Shown one piece after another: positions 1-6,957 of a stretch of 39,773 nucleotides of DNA. The position numbers and the translations under genes were made by a program. The notes under the pieces were generated by a model that was given only the letters and a program-made list of their open reading frames with translations, was not told the DNA's origin and made no database searches. Each line of letters opens with the position of its first letter. Position 1 is the stretch's first letter. This DNA is from Lachnospiraceae bacterium (lineage in GTDB: Bacteria > Bacillota > Clostridia > Lachnospirales > Lachnospiraceae). Where the stretch lies: assembly GCA_016282215.1 (NCBI GenBank), contig JAEEKC010000111.1, positions 1 through 39,773 of the forward strand. The letters run 5' to 3'.

Positions 1-220
1 GGGGAGTCTTTGTCACAAAGGAAAAACTCCTGTCTGCATAGACAGTGATCACAACCGGGATGATCATATCACCCTGATCGGCTGTTCTTGCGTTGAACTG
101 CTTGGTGAATTCAACGATGTTCACACCGTGCTGACCCAAAGCGGGACCAACCGGAGGAGCCGGCGTTGCCTTGCCGGCAGGGATCTGTAACTTGATGTAA
201 CCTTCTACTTTCTTTGCCAT
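1..220 (-). CDS. rplK: 50S ribosomal protein L11, N-terminal 73 codons (rest of the gene lies beyond the left window edge)
   Basis: My own minus-strand translation from the ATG at 220..218 gives [73 protein letters not shown], the universally conserved L11 N-terminal domain. A GGAGG RBS (complement of 228..232) lies 7 nt upstream. The ORF is missing from the ORF track because it is truncated. Confidence 0.9.
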   Translation of the reverse strand, partial: MAKKVEGYIKLQIPAGKATPAPPVGPALGQHGVNIVEFTKQFNARTADQGDMIIPVVITVYADRSFSFVTKTP

Positions 221-375
221 TTTGGCACCTCCTAAATATTGTGGTAGTGGCGGATGTGTATCATCCTCCCACGACTAAAGAGGGCAAGCCCTCGTAAGTC
301 CATACATATCGGCGATCAAACGCCCCTCATCAGTCAGCTGACGCTGACAGCTTCCCCCCAAGGGGAAGCCAATAA

Positions 376-1008
376 TCACCGCATCCGTGTAATCTCTGCA
401 AAACTGATCTCCACGGGTGTTTCGCGGCCGAACATTTCCACGTTGATGGTAGCGCACTGTTTGCCGAAGTCCATCCTCTGTACAACGCCGATGGTATCCT
501 TCCAGACACCTGCCACAACAGCGATGGTATCGCCTTCGCCGAAGTCTACACTGACATTCTCCACATGGATGCCGAGCGGTTTCATCTCAGCTTCTGTCAG
601 CGGTACCGGCTTGGATCCCGGTCCTACAAAACCTGTTACGCCGCGGGTATTACGGACAACATACCAGGTATCATCATCCATGACCATATTGATCAGGACA
701 TAACCCGGAAACATCTTTTTCGATACGGTTCTGCGGGCGCCGTCTTTCAGTTCCACTACATCCTGCATAGGAACACGCACCTCCAGAATACGCTCGCCGA
801 GGTTCCGGTTTTCAATCGTCTTTTCAATATTGGCTTTTACTTTATTCTCATAGCCTGAATAGGTATGCACAACATACCACTTTGCTTCAGAACTCTGGTC
901 TTTCTGCTCAGCAGCCTGCACTTCTTCCTGTGCAGAGGCCTGATCTGCCATCTGTGCCTCTGCCACAGCTGCAGCCTCTTCCATGACATTCGTCATTGTC
1001 TCAGCCAT
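376..1008 (-). CDS. nusG: Transcription termination/antitermination factor NusG with an acidic ~45-aa N-terminal extension
   Basis: KWYVVHTYSGYENKV...FPGYVLI...VRNTRGVTGFVG...KPVPL matches the NGN domain. The C-terminal GDTIAVVAGVWKDTIGVV matches the KOW motif. ATG at 1008 has an AGGAG RBS 7 nt upstream. Synteny with secE and rplK supports the call. Confidence 0.93.
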   Translation of the reverse strand: MAETMTNVMEEAAAVAEAQMADQASAQEEVQAAEQKDQSSEAKWYVVHTYSGYENKVKANIEKTIENRNLGERILEVRVPMQDVVELKDGARRTVSKKMFPGYVLINMVMDDDTWYVVRNTRGVTGFVGPGSKPVPLTEAEMKPLGIHVENVSVDFGEGDTIAVVAGVWKDTIGVVQRMDFGKQCATINVEMFGRETPVEISFAEITRMR

Positions 1009-1061
1009 ATTCCGACTCCTTATGTCAAATCATACAACAGATCAAAAGACGCCAAATACGC

Positions 1062-1256
1062 CTACAGCCCGATGATCAGGTTGATGGCATACTGCATCAC
1101 CATATCCAGCACGGCAATGATCGCACCAAGCACAACAGAGATCAGCGTAACAACCACTGCCTGTTTTGCCAGGGATTCCTTTGCGGGCCAGATGATCTTG
1201 CTAAATTCCGCTTTCAGACCGGCTGCAAAACCGACCTTTTCTTCTTTCTCAGCCAT
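1062..1256 (-). CDS. secE: Preprotein translocase subunit SecE
   Basis: Small protein with K..F....E..KI.WP followed by a single TM helix (VVVTLISVVLGAIIAVLDMVM), located between rpmG and nusG. I place the start at the ATG at 1256 (GGAG RBS 7 nt upstream) rather than the TTG at 1262 used by the ORF track. Confidence 0.85.
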   Translation of the reverse strand: MAEKEEKVGFAAGLKAEFSKIIWPAKESLAKQAVVVTLISVVLGAIIAVLDMVMQYAINLIIGL

Positions 1257-1286
1257 GATCAAACTCCTTTTAAGGCTCTTGTTTGC

Positions 1287-1436
1287 TTATTTCGTTTCTT
1301 TGTGAAGCGTATGTCTCTTGCAGAAACGGCAATACTTCTTGGTCTCCATTCTGTCAGGATGCGTCTTCTTATCCTTGGTCAGATTGTAGTTTCTGTTCTT
1401 GCACTCTGTGCAGGCTAATGTGATTTTGGTACGCAT
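1287..1436 (-). CDS. rpmG: 50S ribosomal protein L33
   Basis: [49 protein letters not shown] is a typical 49-aa L33 with two CxxC pairs. A GGAGG RBS lies upstream of the internal ATG at 1436. The longer 74-aa track ORF adds a non-homologous extension. Confidence 0.9.
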   Translation of the reverse strand: MRTKITLACTECKNRNYNLTKDKKTHPDRMETKKYCRFCKRHTLHKETK

Positions 1437-1618
1437 GCTGTGTTTCCTCCGTTCTTTAATACGTATATATATGTATCTAAATATTTCGATAACTGAGCCG
1501 GGCCATCTCAAATCGCTTCGCGATTTTCGATGTGGCTTATCGCCACATATAGCCAGTCAAAATGTCGCTTCCTCTTGCGAGCACGGGAAGCGACATTTCG
1601 CCTGTCTATGCCCGGCTC

Positions 1619-1627
1619 ATTATAACA
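1619..1627 (-). promoter_or_regulatory. Candidate extended -10 element (TGTTATAAT) for the rpmG-secE-nusG transcript
   Basis: The sense strand reads TGGTGTTATAATGAGCC immediately after the T7 tract of the upstream terminator. No good -35 is present, which an extended -10 can tolerate. Confidence 0.4.
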
Positions 1628-1629
1628 CC

Positions 1630-1652
1630 AAAAAAAGAGACTCTCTCGTCTC
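1630..1652 (-). terminator. Rho-independent terminator downstream of the 1691-aa gene
   Basis: The sense strand reads GAGAC-GAGAGA-GTCTC followed by TTTTTTT, about 50 nt after the TAA at 1702..1704. A second hairpin (ACGCCTGCCACT...AGTGGTTAGGCGT) precedes it. Confidence 0.55.
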
Positions 1653-1662
1653 ACGCCTAACC

Positions 1663-1691
1663 ACTATAACACAGTGGCAGGCGTTCGTCAA
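1663..1691 (-). promoter_or_regulatory. Candidate sigma-A promoter TTGACG-N17-TATAGT
   Basis: -35 TTGACG is the complement of 1686..1691 and -10 TATAGT is the complement of 1663..1668, with exact 17-nt spacing. The hairpin+T7 at 1630..1652 would then fall at the very 5' end of the transcript, so the function is uncertain. Confidence 0.35.
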
Positions 1692-1701
1692 TGAAAAATT
1701 T

Positions 1702-4700
1702 TTATTTGATTTTTCCCGTCTTCGGGAAGCCCTTCTTGAACAGAAAAGCTTTATAGGTGATCTTCTTCCCCGAAGGAGCTTTGAAAACTGCCTTTGCGGC
1801 GATACCCGTAAAAGCCTTTGCGCCAACCTTTTTCTTTGTCAGCTTCTTGCTTTTGCAGGTGATGGTCTTTAGTTTCCCGCAGCCGTAGAATGCCTGGGAC
1901 CCGATGGATTTTATGGTTTTGGGGATCACCACGCTCTTAAGTTTCGTTCTGTTTTTGCAGGCCTTAGCCACAATTCCCGTCACCTCATATTTCACACCGC
2001 CGATGGTAACACTGGCCGGGATCTTGAGCGTCTTTGTTTTCTTCGGAACGGATTTCAGCGACACCTTCGGACTTTTCACACTGGCGCTTGTTACCTTATA
2101 GGAATAGCCGGTCTTCTTATCCTTGATGGTCTTGCCCTTAGCTGCCGGCTTTTTCCCGGTCATGGGGATCACCTGCCCTTTTTTCAGCACGGCTCCGCAT
2201 CCTTCGCAGACCTCATCGCCGGTATAACCGTCTTTGGTGGCAGTTGCCTGCGCGGCTCCTGTGATCTTTGTCTTACCTGTGTGATGGTTTGGATCCTTCG
2301 GGATCTGAATATCTGCGGTTGTGACCGCCTTGCTGCCGCCTGCGTCTGCGAACAGTTTTCCGCAGGTTGCGCATACATAATGCTCCTTTTGTCCTGTTTG
2401 TACGCAGGTTGCGGCTACGGCCTCTTTCTTCACCAGTTTATGAAGATGCTTCTCAACTTTGAACCCGTCTGCCTTGCTTTCAAGCACCTGTTCGATATTC
2501 ATCTGATCGCCGCGAACCACCAGCGTTGCCTCCACACTGTCTTCCTTCTGTCCGGGAAGCACGCCTTCAAACACCTTGTCTTTTTTGCCGGATTCTTTCT
2601 TTATAAGAGTGATCTTATCACCGCCGTGGCCGAGGAAATGTACATCTCCGTCTTCTTCCAAAACAACCTTTGCGGTTTCCTTATCCTCTACATTCAGTTT
2701 GCCGCTGACGGAATCGCCGTTGGACATCATCACTAAAAGCCTGTCATTATCCAGTGTGGCCACCGCAAGGGTACCCGATCCGGACCGGCCACTCTTTTTG
2801 ATCGTCTGCAGGCTGTCTGCAGGCACAATGATCACGGATCTGCCGTCATTTGTCTTATCCGTTTTTTTCTGTCCGAAGGTGTAGTTCGTGCTTTTCGCAG
2901 CAAAAACCTCTTCTTCCCTGCCTTCGGCTGCATTCACCTCATCCCCTGTTACCGTTGCAAGAGGTTTTACGGTACCGTCATCTGCTGACGTGGTTACCGT
3001 ATAGTTATCCTGATTTACCAGCATAGTTCTCATACGGAATCTCATACGGAAACGCATACGGAAGCGCATACGGAATCTCATGCGGAAACGCATACGGAAT
3101 CTCATGCGGAAGCGCATACGGAACCTCATGCGGAAGCGCATACGGAAGCGCATACGGAACCTCATGCGGAAGCGCATACGGAAGCGCATACGGAAGCGCA
3201 TGCGGAAGCGCATACGGAAACGCATACGGAAACGCATACGGAAGCGCATACGGAAACGCATACGATAACTCATCAGGGACTTCGCACGATAATTCATATA
3301 GCGCTTCATACGATACTTCATAAAGAATCGCATACGGGCCTGCATCAGGCCGACCTCTCCCGACTGAAGATCTGCCGGATCCTTCGCTATGATCGTGGCG
3401 TATTCCGTCTCATCTTCTTCGTTCCAGGTATACGGATTACTGCCGTCGCCTACGCCGACCGCCCGATACATCGCCTCATCGGCATCGGTCCAGGCATAGG
3501 AATCATCATCTTTTGCGGCGCATCCATATGTTTGAAACAGCTGCTCATCCGCATCCGACCATTCCATCTCATCATCGTAGATTCCCGCAGCGCCAAATGA
3601 CTGAAACAGTTTTTCATCCTCTGCTGTCCAGTCATAGGCGGTATCGTCCACAGCGGCAGATCCATATGTGCCAAGCAGTTTTTCATCCGCATCACTCCAT
3701 TCCGATTGACTGTTATCATCCTTTGCGGCAGTGCCGTAAGTCTGATACCAGGTCTCATCCTGGTCTGTCCAGTCGTAGGTTGTATCACCTTTTTCTGCGC
3801 AGCCGAAGTCCTCGTACAGTTTTTCATCCTCTGCCGTCCATTCATAGCCGGTATCGTCTTTACTGGCAACGTCAAAGTCCTGATAGAGTTTTTCGTCGGT
3901 ATCGGTCCACTCATAACTCTTGTCATCCGCTTTTGCCACTCCGTAGGTTTGCAACAGCGTTTCGTCTTCAGCGTTCCAGGTATAGGAATCGTCCGTGGCG
4001 CAGCCATATTCCTGATACCATGCTTCTTCCTGCTCCGTCCATGGATCTTCTTTCAATTCCTCTTCGGAGACAGCACCGCCATCATCACCGCCAAGGCTCT
4101 GATACAGCGCTTCTTCCTCTTCGGTCCACGGATCCTTTTCATACAATTCCTGATCCATCACCGTCCATACCCAGTTAAAATAGGCCTCCTCATCTTCTGC
4201 GGTCCATACGGTTTCATCCTCGTCGGGAATGATCCAGTCCGCATCCTGATAAAGCCCCTTATCCATATAAACTGCTGAATACAGGTCGTAAGGGATAAAG
4301 GCCAGTTCGCACTCCTGCATATCTTCTTCGGAAACATCTCCCATAGTGCCCCAGTGTGGTCCCTGAATCTCTTCCGAGCCCAGGTCATAATACCAGTCTG
4401 ACACCTCACCGTCACCCACGTTATGCAGCAAGACCTTTCTTTCCTCGCCGGGCCAGTTACTGTCATAGACCTTGATATAGGCATAATCCCCTTCAAATCC
4501 CGCTTCATAAGCAAGGACCGCATGGCCGCCTTCCGGTCCGAATAGTCCTAAAATAACAGGATTTTTCTCATGCATGACGGTATCAAAGGCCGTCTGTACA
4601 TCCGAATTCAACAGAAAGGCCAGCTGCACCCTGACATCATACTGGGAAAGATGCATTTCTTCAATAAACTTTTTCAGGGCATCGCCGCTCTCATCCGGAT

Positions 4701-6777
4701 CCCCTGCTCCGGCCAGGTGTGCGGAAGCCGGATCCTTTGCCGTTTTGTCATAATCCGAAATATTGAAGCCGTTTTTATCATTATAAAACATGCCGCTGCT
4801 GGCAGAAAGGCCATAGCAGCTTCCGTTCCACTCTTCATCATAGAAATAATGCATGAAATCGCCTTTGTCTCCGAACACAGACTTAAAACGCGCAGCGGGA
4901 ATATGATACCCCTGGCTGTACTGCATGCCGGAATAGGAATTGATAAAGGGATAGGAATAATCTCCGATCAGAAGTTTTTTGGTAAACAAACCCGGCTTCC
5001 CATCGGATTTTTTTCTGTCTATGCCAAAAAGCTGATAATCCTTCAATCCACCTTCTTTACGGACCGACCCTTCCCCCCCGGTCAAAGGACCATCCTCCGT
5101 AAAAATCACCAGGTCATCATCCGGTTCTCCGTGATAAGCAAATCCATCCCTTGCATAGACCGTAGTCAGATTCCCGCAGGCATAAAACATAGCCGTCACT
5201 TCTTTTAAAATCGGCGTTTCAAAAGAAGAAAGATCTATGGAATACAGATAATTACAAAAGCCGAACATACCATTCATATACTCTACGCTGCGTGTATCAA
5301 AATTCATGTGATCGATATGGTACAGATTGGTACATCCGTAGAACATTCTCTTCATATTCACAGCAGAAGAAGTATCCACGCCTTCAAAGTCTATGGACCG
5401 AAGTGCAGTGCACTCTTCAAAGAGACTTTCCATAATCTGTGTCTGCGAAAAATCAGCATAGGACAGATCCACATCTTCAAGAGTGGTACAACCCATAAAC
5501 AAGCCCGTGGCATCCTCTGCGATCTTCAAGCCTTTCCCTAAGATCACTCCCCTGACCTTGGGTTTTACAAGCTCTTTCGAATCCGCTTCGTCCGGGTCCA
5601 TGATCCGCTTTAAAATAACGCGGTACTCCTCGCCTTCCACCTCCATAACGGAAGGAATATAAAAAAAATACGTCTCGCTGGCCAGATCCGAGAATTTTCC
5701 GGGATAAAAAGCGTCTAATGTTACGGTATGATCTTCTTCATTTAGTGACGTATGAAAATAACTTGCATCCGTAACAATGATATTGTCATACAGGGAAGAA
5801 AACAGTCCCGGAGCATCTATCGAATCCACCACTGCATAGGCAATTCCTTCCCTGCCTTTTCCGTCGCACTTTGTTCCATATTCACCGGCTAAGCTGCTGC
5901 AGCCCAAAAACATCTGGGCGCCGGGATCTTCTCCGTTAATCTTCTCCGTGGCATTTTTATAGATTTCGATATATTCATCCCCATGTCCGCCGGTGCCGGA
6001 GGCATAGATCCTTCGCAGATTCTCACATCCCGCAAACATACGGCGAAGATCCGTGGCACTGACTGCCTCACCTGCCATCTGAAGTTTTAAGATTTCTAAA
6101 GACGAACAGTTCATAAACATTTCGGAAAGATTCTTGATATTCGTCATCGAACATTCCACGCAGAACTTAAGGTCCTTTAAATTTCTGCAGTCTTTGAACA
6201 TGCCGGAAAGATCCGTTACGCTTTTATGGGGCTGGGTCTGAGCGATATCGATCGTTTCGACATTATAACAATAGCTGAAAATTCCGGGACCTCCAAGCGG
6301 AATGCCTTCAACAGAAATCGATGTCAGGGCATCAACGGGAGAGGTTCCGTCAGCCTTTCCGTCTTTTCTTTCCACGCCGCCAAGCCCTTCAAGGATCGTC
6401 GGATAGTCTACGTTGCCGATCCTAAATGTGTCCGGAATCGTGATCGACGCAGGCGCCGGTCCTTCTTCGGGACCTTTATATTTTTTCAGCACACAGTAAG
6501 TATTCGTCACCGGCTCTGTGGGAATTATAGTATCATCCAATTCCCTAAGCTCATAATCCCAATAGGCAAGGGGCGTTTCCGTCGGATCGCCCATGGGCGC
6601 GGTTTGTGCGCTGATCTCTTCCTGCGCTGTTTCGCCGGCTGAAAAGTTCTCTGAAACCTCTTCTGCTGCCGGCGTTTTTTCGGGCGTATATGCAGCAAGG
6701 GGCTCGATCACGCTCCCCATTGTCAGAACACTTGCCAGCGTTGCTGCCAGAATTCTCAATGTTATTTTTCTTTTCAT
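1702..6777 (-). CDS. Secreted giant surface protein (1691 aa): signal peptide, two BspA/DUF285-type LRR blocks, papain-like Cys-peptidase-like domain, acidic repeats, (MRFR)19, Cys-rich CxxC module, C-terminal LRR_5-like repeats
   Basis: The N-terminus MKRKITLRILAATLASVLTMGSVIEPLAAY resembles a Sec signal. Repeated MF..C..L..L/..F.T..V..M..MF units (e.g. MKRMFYGCTNLYHIDHMNFDTRSVEYMNGMFGFCNYLYSIDLSSF) are typical of DUF285/BspA LRR proteins. The C-terminus (IPASVTIGGVKYEVTGIVAKACKNRTKLKSVVIPKTIKSIGSQAFYGCGKLKTI) is LRR_5-like. ATG at 6777 has a GGAGGAG RBS 5 nt upstream. No LPXTG motif is seen. Confidence 0.85.
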   Translation of the reverse strand: MKRKITLRILAATLASVLTMGSVIEPLAAYTPEKTPAAEEVSENFSAGETAQEEISAQTAPMGDPTETPLAYWDYELRELDDTIIPTEPVTNTYCVLKKYKGPEEGPAPASITIPDTFRIGNVDYPTILEGLGGVERKDGKADGTSPVDALTSISVEGIPLGGPGIFSYCYNVETIDIAQTQPHKSVTDLSGMFKDCRNLKDLKFCVECSMTNIKNLSEMFMNCSSLEILKLQMAGEAVSATDLRRMFAGCENLRRIYASGTGGHGDEYIEIYKNATEKINGEDPGAQMFLGCSSLAGEYGTKCDGKGREGIAYAVVDSIDAPGLFSSLYDNIIVTDASYFHTSLNEEDHTVTLDAFYPGKFSDLASETYFFYIPSVMEVEGEEYRVILKRIMDPDEADSKELVKPKVRGVILGKGLKIAEDATGLFMGCTTLEDVDLSYADFSQTQIMESLFEECTALRSIDFEGVDTSSAVNMKRMFYGCTNLYHIDHMNFDTRSVEYMNGMFGFCNYLYSIDLSSFETPILKEVTAMFYACGNLTTVYARDGFAYHGEPDDDLVIFTEDGPLTGGEGSVRKEGGLKDYQLFGIDRKKSDGKPGLFTKKLLIGDYSYPFINSYSGMQYSQGYHIPAARFKSVFGDKGDFMHYFYDEEWNGSCYGLSASSGMFYNDKNGFNISDYDKTAKDPASAHLAGAGDPDESGDALKKFIEEMHLSQYDVRVQLAFLLNSDVQTAFDTVMHEKNPVILGLFGPEGGHAVLAYEAGFEGDYAYIKVYDSNWPGEERKVLLHNVGDGEVSDWYYDLGSEEIQGPHWGTMGDVSEEDMQECELAFIPYDLYSAVYMDKGLYQDADWIIPDEDETVWTAEDEEAYFNWVWTVMDQELYEKDPWTEEEEALYQSLGGDDGGAVSEEELKEDPWTEQEEAWYQEYGCATDDSYTWNAEDETLLQTYGVAKADDKSYEWTDTDEKLYQDFDVASKDDTGYEWTAEDEKLYEDFGCAEKGDTTYDWTDQDETWYQTYGTAAKDDNSQSEWSDADEKLLGTYGSAAVDDTAYDWTAEDEKLFQSFGAAGIYDDEMEWSDADEQLFQTYGCAAKDDDSYAWTDADEAMYRAVGVGDGSNPYTWNEEDETEYATIIAKDPADLQSGEVGLMQARMRFFMKYRMKRYMNYRAKSLMSYRMRFRMRFRMRFRMRFRMRFRMRFRMRFRMRFRMRFRMRFRMRFRMRFRMRFRMRFRMRFRMRFRMRFRMRFRMRFRMRTMLVNQDNYTVTTSADDGTVKPLATVTGDEVNAAEGREEEVFAAKSTNYTFGQKKTDKTNDGRSVIIVPADSLQTIKKSGRSGSGTLAVATLDNDRLLVMMSNGDSVSGKLNVEDKETAKVVLEEDGDVHFLGHGGDKITLIKKESGKKDKVFEGVLPGQKEDSVEATLVVRGDQMNIEQVLESKADGFKVEKHLHKLVKKEAVAATCVQTGQKEHYVCATCGKLFADAGGSKAVTTADIQIPKDPNHHTGKTKITGAAQATATKDGYTGDEVCEGCGAVLKKGQVIPMTGKKPAAKGKTIKDKKTGYSYKVTSASVKSPKVSLKSVPKKTKTLKIPASVTIGGVKYEVTGIVAKACKNRTKLKSVVIPKTIKSIGSQAFYGCGKLKTITCKSKKLTKKKVGAKAFTGIAAKAVFKAPSGKKITYKAFLFKKGFPKTGKIK
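3031..3258 (-). repeat. 19 tandem 12-bp units (plus strand CAT[A/G]CGGAA[TCT/ACG/GCG/CCT]) encoding (MRFR)19
   Basis: Counted unit by unit on the sequence: six nucleotide variants, all translating to Met-Arg-Phe-Arg. Degenerate period-4 Met units extend to 3345 (MQAR MRFF MKYR MKRY MNYR AKSL MSYR). Confidence 0.95.
3376..4206 (-). repeat. About 12 tandem acidic 20-29-aa coding repeats (consensus Y-[ED]-W-T-[AD]-[ED]-D-E-K-L-[YF]-Q-x-[YF]-G-x-A-x-K-D-D-x-x)
   Basis: The translation reads YEWTDTDEKLYQDFDVASKDDTG / YEWTAEDEKLYEDFGCAEKGDTT / YDWTDQDETWYQTYGTAAKDDNSQS / EWSDADEKLLGTYGSAAVDDTA and so on. The periodicity also creates the long spurious plus-strand ORFs 3513..4178 and 3706..4278. Confidence 0.85.
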
Positions 6778-6782
6778 AACTT

Positions 6783-6838
6783 CTCCTCCCCCTCACCCGG
6801 CACCTTCGGTGCCACCCTCCCCCAATGGGGGAGGGCAC
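6783..6838 (-). promoter_or_regulatory. GC-rich structured leader immediately 5' of the giant gene's SD
   Basis: The sense RNA reads GUGCCCUCCCCC-AUU-GGGGGAGGGUGGCACCGAAGGUGCCGGGUGAGGGGGAGGAGAAGUUAUG. It has a 9-bp hairpin CCCUCCCCC/GGGGGAGGG, a 6-bp hairpin GGCACC/GGUGCC, and then a G-rich SD that near-duplicates the first hairpin's 3' arm. Confidence 0.45.
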
Positions 6839-6957
6839 TATTTGACGGTGAATTCCATTATTGATTGTAACTGATGTTTTTACGCCACAAGCAGCCATGA
6901 ACGCCTCTGCGGCATCCACGGCTGTTAAATCTGTGTTTTTTCCGGTTTACTTCCAGA

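Noticed and set aside
350-369. Hairpin GCTTCCCC-TTGG-GGGGAAGC just after the nusG stop, considered as a terminator or L11/L1 leader structure.
   Set aside because: No U-tract follows, so it is not a canonical intrinsic terminator. I cannot match the spacer to a known L1-binding leader from memory. I left it unannotated.
254-703. A 149-aa plus-strand ORF spanning the rplK-nusG intergenic region and the 3' end of nusG.
   Set aside because: It is antisense to nusG with no homology signal. The region is explained by nusG plus an intergenic spacer.
1437-1511. A 25-codon N-terminal extension of rpmG in the ORF track ([25 protein letters not shown]).
   Set aside because: L33 is ~49 aa. The internal ATG at 1436 gives the canonical MRTKITLAC start and has its own GGAGG RBS.
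3031-3258. A 12-bp tandem array that could superficially be taken for a CRISPR-like or regulatory DNA repeat. It also generates the plus-strand ORF 3080..3268 (MRKRIRNL...).
   Set aside because: The units are contiguous with no spacers and far shorter than CRISPR repeats. The array lies in frame inside a 1691-codon ORF, and all variation is synonymous in the minus frame. The plus-strand ORF is an antisense artefact.
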